64,000 nucleotides of DNA. It comes from an uncultured archaeon (lineage in GTDB: Archaea > Iainarchaeota > Iainarchaeia > Iainarchaeales > GCA-2688035). Of the stretch, positions 1 to 8,765 are shown one piece after another; the stretch's first letter is position 1; each line of letters starts with the position of its first letter. A program made the position numbers and the translations under genes. Where the stretch lies: contig CAYHBD010000010.1 in assembly GCA_964354805.1 (NCBI GenBank), forward strand, positions 4,881-68,880, in the 5' to 3' direction. Below the pieces are notes generated by a model. It ran no database searches. It was not told the DNA's origin and worked only from the letters and a program-made list of their open reading frames with translations.

Positions 1-237
1 AATGTGCAAAGGAATGATACGCTGCTTTTCAGCGAAACCCAGAGCAGGCTTGTTGTTACAATTGCAAAAGAGAACAGAGAGAAATTTGAGCAGCTTTTGC
101 AAGGGAATGCGTTTGCGTGCGTTGGGGAAATTTCCCATGGCAATTTGGAGATAGTTGGATTGGATGGCAAAAAAATAATTGATTCTGCAATTGCAGATTT
201 AGAGGAAGCCTACAAAAAACCATTGAGGGGTTATTGA
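1..237 (+). CDS. purL: FGAM synthase subunit PurL, C-terminal part (truncated by window edge)
   Basis: LLFSETQSRLVV motif of the PurL C-terminus; directly upstream of purQ. Confidence 0.9.
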   Translation, partial: NVQRNDTLLFSETQSRLVVTIAKENREKFEQLLQGNAFACVGEISHGNLEIVGLDGKKIIDSAIADLEEAYKKPLRGY

Positions 238-1037
238 TGAAGCCAAATGTTTTGGTTTTGACAGGCTATGGAATAAACTGCGAGGAGGAAACAGCCTTTG
301 CTTTTGCAAAGGCAGGCGCTGCTGCAAAAATAGTTCACGTGAACGATTTGATCAAGCAGCCAAAGATGCTGCAAGGCTTTCAGATTTTTGCTTTCCCAGG
401 CGGCTTTTCATATGGAGATGATACCGGTTCTGGGAATGCCCTTGCTAACAAAATAAGGAACAATTTGTGGAATGATTTAATGCGCTTTATTGAAAAAGAA
501 AACCTTGTAATCGGCATTTGCAACGGCTTCCAGGTGATTGCAAACCTCGGCCTGCTGCCTGCAATCGGCAAAAAATACGGCGATAGAACAATTGCTTTGG
601 CGCACAACAACAGCGCAACATACGAGTGCAGGTGGGTGCACCTGCGAAATTACAGCAAAAAATGCGTTTTCACCAAGGGGATTGATGAGATAAGAATGCC
701 TGTTGCCCATGGGGAGGGAAAGTTCACTGCTGAAGAAAAAATTCTGCAGCAATTGGCTGCCAATGACCAGATTGTATTCAAATACATGAAAGCGGGAAAA
801 CCAGCTAATAGCGAATTCCCGTTCAATCCAAATGGCTCAATGCAGGACATTGCTGGAATATGCGATGAGAGCGGCAGAATTCTCGGCTTAATGCCCCATC
901 CGGAGAGAAACATTTTCTTCACACAGCAGGATGACTGGGCAATGCAGAAACAACTGTTAAAAAGAAGTGGGGGCTACATGCCAGCTGAAAGCGCTGGCAT
1001 GCAGATTTTCAGAAACGCAGTGAATTTCTTCAAGTAA
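237..1037 (+). CDS. purQ: FGAM synthase glutamine amidotransferase subunit PurQ
   Basis: GYGINCE, PGGFSYGD, GICNGFQ, AHGEG, MPHPER motifs. Confidence 0.97.
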   Translation: MKPNVLVLTGYGINCEEETAFAFAKAGAAAKIVHVNDLIKQPKMLQGFQIFAFPGGFSYGDDTGSGNALANKIRNNLWNDLMRFIEKENLVIGICNGFQVIANLGLLPAIGKKYGDRTIALAHNNSATYECRWVHLRNYSKKCVFTKGIDEIRMPVAHGEGKFTAEEKILQQLAANDQIVFKYMKAGKPANSEFPFNPNGSMQDIAGICDESGRILGLMPHPERNIFFTQQDDWAMQKQLLKRSGGYMPAESAGMQIFRNAVNFFK

Positions 1038-1195
1038 TTTTTGTGAGATGAAACCTTCAAAATTCACCCAATTTCCATTTACTCCCTTCCATTTGAAAAA
1101 AATTCACTTTATTTCAATAAATTTCTTTTCCCAAATTTCTCGTTTTTCTATTTTATTTCAAATTTCAATTTCTTTTCATTAACCTTTTGCATTTT

Positions 1196-1633
1196 CTACT
1201 TTATTTCAACTTTCACGCCCTTTCCCTTAACCAAAGGGTGCTTTTTTGGCAGATTCACTGTAAGTATGCCATCCTTGAATTCGGCTTTTATCTTGCCTGC
1301 AACAACCTCGCTTGGCAAAGGAATCTTCCTGAAAAAGCCCTGATAAGCCCGCTCATGAAAATAATAGCCCTCTTGCTCTCTTTCCTCTTTTTTCTCTTGC
1401 CTGCTCTCAGCCCTTATTGCAAGGCTGTCCTCGTCAATTGAAACATCAATATCCTTTTTGTCAATACCAGGCAGCTCGGCTGTCAGCAACAGTTCCTTTC
1501 CCTTGTCGACAACATCAACCAAAGGCTCGCGCAAGCCAGAAAACTCGTTTGGAAAAGCAAACAAGTCAAACAGGTTTCTGCGCATCTTCCTCATTGGCCT
1601 GAAAGGATCCAATAAATCCAGCTCATTAACCAT
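1196..1633 (-). CDS. Small heat shock protein Hsp20
   Basis: Alpha-crystallin motifs (AELPGIDKKDI, AEFKDGILTVNLPK) and C-terminal V-E-I motif. Confidence 0.95.
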   Translation of the reverse strand: MVNELDLLDPFRPMRKMRRNLFDLFAFPNEFSGLREPLVDVVDKGKELLLTAELPGIDKKDIDVSIDEDSLAIRAESRQEKKEEREQEGYYFHERAYQGFFRKIPLPSEVVAGKIKAEFKDGILTVNLPKKHPLVKGKGVKVEIK

Positions 1634-1660
1634 ATTTCCACCTCCAGAGAATACTATAAA

Positions 1661-1699
1661 TGTCTAAATTATTTAGTCATTTTTAATATCTTTTAGACA
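1661..1699. promoter_or_regulatory. Candidate operator upstream of hsp20
   Basis: TGTCTAAA / TTTAGTCA / TTTAGACA inverted and direct half-sites between an AT-rich TATA-like stretch and the hsp20 start. Confidence 0.35.
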
Positions 1700-1821
1700 C
1701 AAGGGTTTTTAAATGGTGCTGGTTGGGCAGGCGGCTGCTTTGCCATGACCATGCCGGTCGGACCTAATTGTTTAAGCAGGGGGCAATCCAGTTGATTCAA
1801 GAAACAGTTTTCGGAAGAGGC

Positions 1822-2034
1822 TTATTCTTCTTCAAATGCCTCGTCAAAGCTGCCTGCTTCGTCTTCTTCGTCTATGTCTTTTTCTTTGGCTATTTTGAGC
1901 TTTGGCTTTCCTGCCTTTATCTCAACAACCAGTTCCAGGTTGCACTCTGGGCAGTTGAGGAAATCGCCCTCATCGTATTCCTCAATCTCCAAATCGAAGC
2001 TTTGCTTGCAGTCAGGGCACCTGAATTTTGCCAT
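1822..2034 (-). CDS. LysW-like zinc-ribbon protein with acidic tail
   Basis: CPDC...CPECNLELVV zinc ribbon; lacks the LysW EDWGE C-terminus. Confidence 0.6.
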   Translation of the reverse strand: MAKFRCPDCKQSFDLEIEEYDEGDFLNCPECNLELVVEIKAGKPKLKIAKEKDIDEEDEAGSFDEAFEEE

Positions 2035-2105
2035 TAAAAAACACCTTTGCAGCTGCTGGAAAACAGCGAATTAGCCTATGATTTTTTTCGAGCCTAAATG
2101 TTTTT

Positions 2106-2360
2106 AAAGCCTACTTTTTGCCGAAAAAGGTTAACCGGAAAACTTGAAAGAATTAAAAAAGCCTTTTTGCTCACGCAAAAAGCCTTGGGAAAAGAAGCAG
2201 TGCTGTTGCACTGCAAAGCCTTTTGCACTGCGGTGCAAAAGCCTTGGGAAAAAAGAGTTTTGCATCCGCAAAACAAAGCCTTTTTTGCTTTCAGCAAAAA
2301 AGCCTTGGGAAAAAGTGCCTGACGGCAGAGCCTTTTTTTTACGGAGCAAAAAAGCATTGG
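2106..2360 (+). repeat. Tandem array of hairpin repeat family A (AAGCC-Tn-GC-loop-GC-An-GCCTTGGGAAAA), about 60-nt period
   Basis: Three clear units plus degenerate ones; the intervening segments are themselves hairpins. Confidence 0.85.
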
Positions 2361-2466
2361 CGCAATGCCAAGCAACACTTTGAACAAAGAGAATAAAAAA
2401 AATTGTTTCATTGTTCAAAGTGTTGGCAATGAAACAAAAAGAAATATTTTGATGCTTGGCATTGTG
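2361..2466 (+). repeat. Hairpin repeat family B copy containing a nested 15-bp inverted-repeat insertion
   Basis: Ends CGCAATGCCAAGCA...TGCTTGGCATTGTG; internal perfect IR at 2373-2387 / 2411-2425. Confidence 0.75.
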
Positions 2467-2478
2467 GGGAAAGGAAAG

Positions 2479-3081
2479 CTAAATTCCCAGCAGGCCAATA
2501 ATTATGAATGCAACCAGTGAAACAAGAATTGCAGCAATTGCTCCAGAGTCTGTTGCCTTTTTCACTGTTATGCACATAATGTAAAAGCCGAACAATTCAA
2601 TTAATGCAGTGATTGCTAAAAGGGCATAGAAAAGCGGAATGTTGATTGAGTCAATGTTTGCACTCAATATTTGATTCACTTGGGCAGCTGCTGCGAAAAC
2701 ATCTCCCTCAACATTGCCAAGTTCAGCTGCAACGTTTGCCGGAATAACCGAAAAGGCAATAGTTGAAATAATGTAACCAACAATCCAAATAATCTGCAGC
2801 AATGCAAGCGCCGACAACAGCCCAGAAAATTTTCCCTTCAGCACTTTCCTGTTCAGGATAAAACACAGTGCAAAAATAATTAGCACAAAAACAATAAAGA
2901 AAACAAAACTGCTTGCAATTCCGCTTACAGCCAGTTCAATGCTCACTGTTTTTTTCAAAGCTGCAATCATTCCCAGCCAGACAATTGCAGCAGCCAAAAC
3001 CAGGCCAAGAGCCAATGCCACATTAGGCTTTTCAAAAGCAGACGAAACAGCCTTTCCAGGGGAAAGAATATTCAAATTCAT
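2479..3081 (-). CDS. Yip1-like multi-pass membrane protein
   Basis: About 5 hydrophobic segments; N-terminal ILSPGKA pattern. Confidence 0.55.
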   Translation of the reverse strand: MNLNILSPGKAVSSAFEKPNVALALGLVLAAAIVWLGMIAALKKTVSIELAVSGIASSFVFFIVFVLIIFALCFILNRKVLKGKFSGLLSALALLQIIWIVGYIISTIAFSVIPANVAAELGNVEGDVFAAAAQVNQILSANIDSINIPLFYALLAITALIELFGFYIMCITVKKATDSGAIAAILVSLVAFIIIGLLGI

Positions 3082-3248
3082 GTTTTACAAACCTGCATAT
3101 AATAACGTTTTGTTTTATTTAAATTTAACGCATAAGCGCCTGCAGGTTCTATTGTTTGAATGGCGATTGGGGCTGCAAAGGAGAAACAACAAAAACACAA
3201 ATAGAAAAGAATTAATACTTTGAAGCGGTTAGTTTAGCAGGTGCCCCT

Positions 3249-3485
3249 ATGGCAAAACAACCATCTCTTGCAATGAGGCTTTATACGCTTCTGCACAACG
3301 AGAAGAGATATCTTATTGTCGCAACAGTAGCATATGTTTTCTTTGCCATAATGGATGCAGTACTTTCTTATTCTTCACCCGAGTGGATGGCAGAGTCCGA
3401 GTGGGTTCAAATCGTGCTTGCAATCGGAATAGTGGTATTTGCCACTTTGTGGTTCATATTTTACATCTACAATCGCGACTGGTAG
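3249..3485 (+). CDS. Small two-TM hypothetical protein
   Basis: AGGTG RBS-like site; two hydrophobic helices. Confidence 0.65.
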   Translation: MAKQPSLAMRLYTLLHNEKRYLIVATVAYVFFAIMDAVLSYSSPEWMAESEWVQIVLAIGIVVFATLWFIFYIYNRDW

Positions 3486-3536
3486 GCTAGAGAAAGAGAA
3501 CAGACACCCCCAGGGCGGCAAATTTGAATTAATTTT

Positions 3537-4622
3537 CTATCGCGTTACCTGCATTTCCTCAATCTGCTGCAGTAGCTGCGCAGGCTTGCCCTTGCTGAAA
3601 TATTTCCTCACAGGCAGCAGCAATTCATTCAGGTAAAAGGCTGTTGCCTTCTTCAAATCAAGCGGATGCAGCTCGCCTCTTGCAAACGCATCCTGCAATT
3701 GCTGGAAAGAAGCGAATTCAACATCTCCGCCGAATTTGCTTTCCCTCTCAATTTTCATTTTCTTGTTTCGTTCAAAAACAATATATTTGCAGTACTCAAG
3801 CACTGGGTTTTGCTCAACCTGCTTTTCAGGGCAATACGCCTTGTTTATTTTCCTCTGCACTTCCTGCTCTGAATCAGTCATAAAGATTGCCGAATCGGGA
3901 ATGCTCTTGCTCATCTTCATTGCAATCTCATGCTCAACACCTGCACCCTCGCCTGCGCTTGGCATCTGCAATCCCATTAGCATGTGGTGGTGAACAGCAA
4001 CAGGCTTCCAAAATCCTATCTTTTCTCCAATTTCGCGAGCAAGCATGTTCACCTTTCTCTGGTCCATTCCAAGCTGGGCAATGTCAACCTGCAAATGGAA
4101 AATGTCAGCTGCCTGCATGCAGGGATAGAGAATCTGCGCAGCGCTCAATGCATCTGATTCCTTCCTTCCCATTATCTGGCTGCATCTCACAATGCGATTC
4201 ACAGTGCTGTTTGTTGCAACAGCCATTACCTTCTTCCAGTATTCAGTGTCCTTCACTGCCTCTGAAGCCCAGACAAATTCGACTTTTTTAACGCTCAAGC
4301 CGCACGCCTTCCACACCTCAATCAGGTATTTTCCCGCTGTCTGGATATTGCCCAAGTCAGCGCCAAGCTTTTTGTTCGCCCAGGCATGCCAGTCAGCAAC
4401 CCACATCTTGAATCTGCAGCCAGCAGCAAGCATTTTCTCAATATTGATTGCCCGCAGCAAGCCCTGCGCAATGTGCACCTGCCCGCTTGGCTCAAAGCCA
4501 TCGTATGCAATCGGGTGCTTTTTTTGCTCGAGCAGCAGCTGCAAATCTGCAAGCGTAATTATTTCCTCGCCGACCTCGCTTATCAAAGCAAGCCTTTTTT
4601 GCGCATCCATGCCAAAAACCAT
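3537..4622 (-). CDS. tyrS: Tyrosine--tRNA ligase (archaeal type)
   Basis: AYDGFEPSG-HIAQ, YPCMQAAD, GMDQRK, KMSKS. Confidence 0.97.
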   Translation of the reverse strand: MVFGMDAQKRLALISEVGEEIITLADLQLLLEQKKHPIAYDGFEPSGQVHIAQGLLRAINIEKMLAAGCRFKMWVADWHAWANKKLGADLGNIQTAGKYLIEVWKACGLSVKKVEFVWASEAVKDTEYWKKVMAVATNSTVNRIVRCSQIMGRKESDALSAAQILYPCMQAADIFHLQVDIAQLGMDQRKVNMLAREIGEKIGFWKPVAVHHHMLMGLQMPSAGEGAGVEHEIAMKMSKSIPDSAIFMTDSEQEVQRKINKAYCPEKQVEQNPVLEYCKYIVFERNKKMKIERESKFGGDVEFASFQQLQDAFARGELHPLDLKKATAFYLNELLLPVRKYFSKGKPAQLLQQIEEMQVTR

Positions 4623-4670
4623 TAAATATTAAATGAAATGTTTATTTAAATTTGTGGCGACTGCAATATT

Positions 4671-5588
4671 TTATTTAAAACCGGTTTTCCGCTTAATTGC
4701 TGCCCTGATTTTGGCAATTGCTTTTTTTTCATAGTAAGATACAGTTGTTGTTGAGGATGCCCCGAATTTCATTACAATTTCTTGGAGCATTTTGCCTTCG
4801 AGACGCCATTTTACAACCTGTTTTTCCTTTTCACTTAAGCCAGCTTTATCTGCAATCTTGAGTATCTGCTTTTTAATGTCTTCAAATCCAAGCTCTGCGG
4901 TTCTTTTAATAATTCCTTTTTCACCAAGCCTTCTTAAAAAATGCCTTGCAGATTCCGGAATTGTATCAACTGTAAAATAAGCGTCACTCTCTAATGGCTT
5001 TGTCATCCTTACGCCAGCACCCTCATAAATAATAGGCATTTCTTTGCTTCTTGCCATTGCCACCCTAATTGCGTTTCGGCAAAATAAGTCGGCTCCATTT
5101 GTCATCCAGCTGAACACAGTCATTCCCCTGCCCTTAGCCCCTTTTCTGTTTGGGTCATAATAATCAAGGTTTTCCAAAACATTTGCAATCACGCTGTTTC
5201 GAAAGTCGCCAAATGTGCCAAGTTCTCTTTTTGTTGTATCTGAGGCTTTCCTCCACCACTTGCCGACTACCATTGAAAGACCTTTTTTATGTTCTTCAAG
5301 AAGGCTTGCTTTCTGCTTTGCTTTAAACAAATTCAAGCGCTGCCTTCTTCTGCGCTGCATTGCTGAAATCTGCTCTTTTCTGATCCGCATCACTTCACTC
5401 GGGGGTCTGACGCCATAGCGCTGGTTAATCCGATTTATGGTCGTTTGACTGCGATTGAATCGCCTTCCAATTTCGCTTATTGACAAAGCTGGATCCAGCA
5501 ATGCTTTCAGAATCGCAGGCAATTGTCGCCTTGTTTCTTTTGCTCGCACTGCCCAAGACTTATTTTGCCTAAGCGGTTTTTTTGCCAA
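4671..5588 (-). CDS. Sigma-70-like protein (basic N-terminus, HTH, region 2-like and region 4-like segments)
   Basis: TTG start after GGAGG; region 2-like DYYDPNR...FSWMT...RNAIR; region 4-like LSEKEKQVVKWR...LQEI...VSYYEKKAIAKIR. Confidence 0.7.
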   Translation of the reverse strand: MAKKPLRQNKSWAVRAKETRRQLPAILKALLDPALSISEIGRRFNRSQTTINRINQRYGVRPPSEVMRIRKEQISAMQRRRRQRLNLFKAKQKASLLEEHKKGLSMVVGKWWRKASDTTKRELGTFGDFRNSVIANVLENLDYYDPNRKGAKGRGMTVFSWMTNGADLFCRNAIRVAMARSKEMPIIYEGAGVRMTKPLESDAYFTVDTIPESARHFLRRLGEKGIIKRTAELGFEDIKKQILKIADKAGLSEKEKQVVKWRLEGKMLQEIVMKFGASSTTTVSYYEKKAIAKIRAAIKRKTGFK

Positions 5589-5641
5589 AATAAATCCTCC
5601 TGTAAGTATTATAAAACTTGAACTATTTATTAATTCTGCAT

Positions 5642-6055
5642 ATGCGCACCGTAATGGCTTTTGGGACTTTTGATTTGCTGCACAAAGGGCATCGGCATTA
5701 CCTGCTGGAGGCGAAAGCGCTTGGTGACGAGCTTGTTGTGGTTGTTGCAAGGGACGAAAACGTGCTGAAAATAAAGGGCAAAAAGCCGCTCAACAGCGAG
5801 CAGCAGAGGCTGAAAGCTGTTGAGGGAACAGGGATTGCTGACCAAGTTGTTTTGGGAGACAGGGAAATGAGAAGCTGGGAAATTGTGCAGCGCTTTCACC
5901 CAACAATTATTGCATTGGGCTATGACCAGTGGCCTGCAATAGAATCGCTTAGAAAGGAACTGAATGCAATTGGATTAAGCCCGCTGATTGAAAGAATAAG
6001 CGCTTTTGAGCCGCACCGCTACAAGAGCAGCAAGATGCGGAACTCAAAGAACTGA
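5642..6055 (+). CDS. ribL: FAD synthetase (cytidylyltransferase family)
   Basis: GTFDLLHKGH, VVVVARD, LGYDQ motifs. Confidence 0.85.
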   Translation: MRTVMAFGTFDLLHKGHRHYLLEAKALGDELVVVVARDENVLKIKGKKPLNSEQQRLKAVEGTGIADQVVLGDREMRSWEIVQRFHPTIIALGYDQWPAIESLRKELNAIGLSPLIERISAFEPHRYKSSKMRNSKN

Positions 6056-6097
6056 ATTTAATGCAAAGCCAGGCGGCAAAATGCGCAAAGTAAGGTG

Positions 6098-6328
6098 CTA
6101 TTTCTTTTTCTTTAAAAAAAGCCTGCCCAAAATGCCGATTGCAACGAAGTAAATTGAAACCCCGATAACGCACCAGAAGAGCGTGTAATACATTTTGTTC
6201 CAGACAAGGAGCTTGGAAGAATTGAAAGTGAGCAAAGCCATTACAATAGCCAGGGCAAAGCATATTCCAAGCATCAGGCTGCCAAGCATGACAAATCTGC
6301 GCAGTGTTTTTTCCCTAAGCGGTTTCAT
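6098..6328 (-). CDS. Small two-TM hypothetical protein
   Basis: Hydrophobic ORF filling the intergenic gap. Confidence 0.55.
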   Translation of the reverse strand: MKPLREKTLRRFVMLGSLMLGICFALAIVMALLTFNSSKLLVWNKMYYTLFWCVIGVSIYFVAIGILGRLFLKKKK

Positions 6329-6472
6329 CGCTATTAGTAAGGAAAACGTGCTATAAAAACTTTTTTGTTGCCCTCAAAAAAGCCATAAGCGGTTAGCAGT
6401 TACTACCACCCCCCTTGTAACTCATTTTTGTTAAGCAAAACATTTTTAAGTAATGCACGGCATAATTTTGGT

Positions 6473-7012
6473 ATGAACAGGACAAGGCTGCTTGTTTTTT
6501 CCGGTATGCTGGCTGCTTTGAGCCTTTTGCTGCAGTTCTACCACCTTTTCTACAAGTTTGTTTTCATTGACATTGACATTGTTGGCCTGCCATGGATGAT
6601 TGCGTCAATGCTGTTCGGCTTGGAGGCAGGCTTGATTGTTTCAGGCATTTCTGCAATAGGGATTGCTTTCATTGCCGAAACGCAGTGGGTCGGGGCTGCA
6701 ATGAAGTTTTTTGCGACAATTGTGGCTGTTGTTATCATCGGCGCAGTAAGGTCAAGGTTTGGGTTCAACAAAAAACTTTTGTTCGCAGGTTTCCTGGCAT
6801 CAATGGTTTTGAGGCCTGTTCTGATGGTTTTTTTCAACTACTATTTTGCCATACCTGTTTTTTTCAAAGTGCCGACAGAGGCTGCATTGAAGCAATTTCC
6901 TGTTGAAATAGTTCTGGTTGCAAACGCTATTCTCATGGCAATAGAGTTTGCGTTAGCCTACTTTATTGTTTTCAAAACAAGGCTTAGGGCGCAGTTGAAT
7001 GTTCAGGGCTGA
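6473..7012 (+). CDS. ECF transporter S component
   Basis: GMLAALSLLL N-terminus, about 6 TMs, operonic with ECF A and T genes. Confidence 0.85.
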   Translation: MNRTRLLVFSGMLAALSLLLQFYHLFYKFVFIDIDIVGLPWMIASMLFGLEAGLIVSGISAIGIAFIAETQWVGAAMKFFATIVAVVIIGAVRSRFGFNKKLLFAGFLASMVLRPVLMVFFNYYFAIPVFFKVPTEAALKQFPVEIVLVANAILMAIEFALAYFIVFKTRLRAQLNVQG

Positions 7013-8174
7013 AAATATTGGGATTTCTTTCGGCAAAAAGCAGGTAATCGGCGGCTTCAATATTCGCTTTGCTGAAGGGCAAAGATTGGCAGTAATAGGC
7101 AGGAATGGCAGCGGCAAAACAACGCTTGCCTTGTACTTAAGCAGCGTGATACCAGAATTCATTGAGGCAAATGTTTGGGGAAAGTGCAATTTCAGGGAAA
7201 AAACAGGCCTGCTGATGCAGAACCCTTCAGCGCAGTTCTTTTCGCTTTCGGTAAAAGAGGAACTGGCTGGCTTGAACATTGATTGTAAACGCTTTGGCAT
7301 TTCGCACTTGGTTGAAAAAACTGTTTTTGAATTAAGCGAGGGTGAAAAGCAAAAAGTGAACCTTGCAGTCAACCTTTCGGCCGGCTTTCCAATCCTTGCA
7401 TTGGATGAACCGCTTGAATTGCTTGATCCCCTTGAATGCAACAGGTTCATGAAAATAATAGAAAAAGAAAAAGATGCTGCCCTGCTTTGGTTTGACAAGG
7501 ATGAAAGATTTGCAAATAAATTTCAAAAGGTTTTTTTGCAGCAGCCGGTTAAGCCTGGTTTGCCTGAAAAGAAGGAAAACAAAACAGGCAAAATTGCATT
7601 GAGGGCTGATTTTTCCTTTGAAAGGAACGGCTTTTCTCTTAATGTAAAAGATTTCAGGCTAATGCAGGGTGAAAAGATTGCGTTAATCGGATTGAATGGC
7701 TCTGGAAAAACAACATTGCTCAAGCTGCTTGCTGGGATTGAAAAAGGAAAAGGTGCTGTTGAAACGCATGAGCCAATCAGCTTTGTTCCGCAGGTGCCTA
7801 GCCATGTTTTCTTCAATGAAACATTGCAAAGCGAGCTATTGAACAGGCAAAACGCAGAATCCCTTGGCATAACAGGCCTGCTGCAGCAGGCGCCCAACAC
7901 TTTGAGCAAGGGGCAGCAGAAGCTGGCGAGCATTGCAACAATTAGGAAAAGCGGGATTGCTTTCCTCGATGAGCCCACAACATGGCTTGATTGTTTCAGC
8001 AAAGCAAGGGTCTACAATTTTATTAACGAAAGCAGGCAGCCGATGGTAATTGCAACGCACGACAGGGAATTGCTGCGCTACTGTGACAGGGTTTTTTTGG
8101 TTGAAAAGGGGGTGTTGAGGCAATGTTCCAATACAGCGGTAAATCGCTTTTTTCAAAGCAGCCTGAGTGGCTGA
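6999..8174 (+). CDS. ECF transporter ATPase with two fused ABC domains
   Basis: Two GxNGSGKTT Walker A motifs; LSEGE/LSKGQ signatures; LDEP. Confidence 0.9.
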   Translation: MFRAENIGISFGKKQVIGGFNIRFAEGQRLAVIGRNGSGKTTLALYLSSVIPEFIEANVWGKCNFREKTGLLMQNPSAQFFSLSVKEELAGLNIDCKRFGISHLVEKTVFELSEGEKQKVNLAVNLSAGFPILALDEPLELLDPLECNRFMKIIEKEKDAALLWFDKDERFANKFQKVFLQQPVKPGLPEKKENKTGKIALRADFSFERNGFSLNVKDFRLMQGEKIALIGLNGSGKTTLLKLLAGIEKGKGAVETHEPISFVPQVPSHVFFNETLQSELLNRQNAESLGITGLLQQAPNTLSKGQQKLASIATIRKSGIAFLDEPTTWLDCFSKARVYNFINESRQPMVIATHDRELLRYCDRVFLVEKGVLRQCSNTAVNRFFQSSLSG

Positions 8175-8725
8175 AGCTCGGGATTTTTGCAGCAATTACT
8201 GTTCTCGCATTTTTGTTCACTGAGATTTGGCAGCAGGCTTTTCTTTTCCTTTTCAGCCTAATGGTGCTGCTGCTCAGCAGATACAAAGAGGTGCACAAAT
8301 TATTCTTTGGCATGCTTCCGTTCCTGCTGCTTGTTGATTTTTCGTTTTACTTCTTCTTTTGGAACACAACTCTTGACCTGAACAAATTGGTAATAGCCTC
8401 AAACCTGAGGATTCTGTCGATTTTGTTTGCGGCAACATTCTTTGTTTTCTCTACAGACTTGTACAAGGCAGCCAAGTTTATGGAAAAAAAGCATTTTCCG
8501 GAAAGCATTTATTTGCCGTTCTATGTAATGTTGCGTTTTCTGCCTGAACTGGAAAGAGACCTGGTTGAAATAAGAAGCATCCAGAAAACAAGGGGCATTA
8601 CTGCAAAAAAACCATTCAAATACCTGAAATCAATTCTTCTGCCCCTGCTTTTCACAATGTTCGAAAAAGCAGAAGACATCTCAATCGCCTACTACCTGCG
8701 GAAAAAAAGGGAAAAAGCTATTTAG
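8123..8725 (+). CDS. ECF transporter T component
   Basis: LRFLPEL...QKTRG motif; TM helices. Confidence 0.9.
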   Translation: MFQYSGKSLFSKQPEWLKLGIFAAITVLAFLFTEIWQQAFLFLFSLMVLLLSRYKEVHKLFFGMLPFLLLVDFSFYFFFWNTTLDLNKLVIASNLRILSILFAATFFVFSTDLYKAAKFMEKKHFPESIYLPFYVMLRFLPELERDLVEIRSIQKTRGITAKKPFKYLKSILLPLLFTMFEKAEDISIAYYLRKKREKAI

Positions 8726-8765
8726 CTGACCATTGCCTGTTCAATGCCGGAAGGAAAAAATCCGT

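Noticed and set aside
1822-2034. Bona fide lysW
   Set aside because: Lacks the C-terminal EDWGE and has no lys/arg pathway neighbours.
2106-2360. CRISPR array
   Set aside because: Repeat interiors vary, spacers are short self-complementary hairpins, no cas genes are present, and single units are dispersed elsewhere.
2094-2418. Four overlapping ORFs in the track
   Set aside because: They are translations of the hairpin repeat array.
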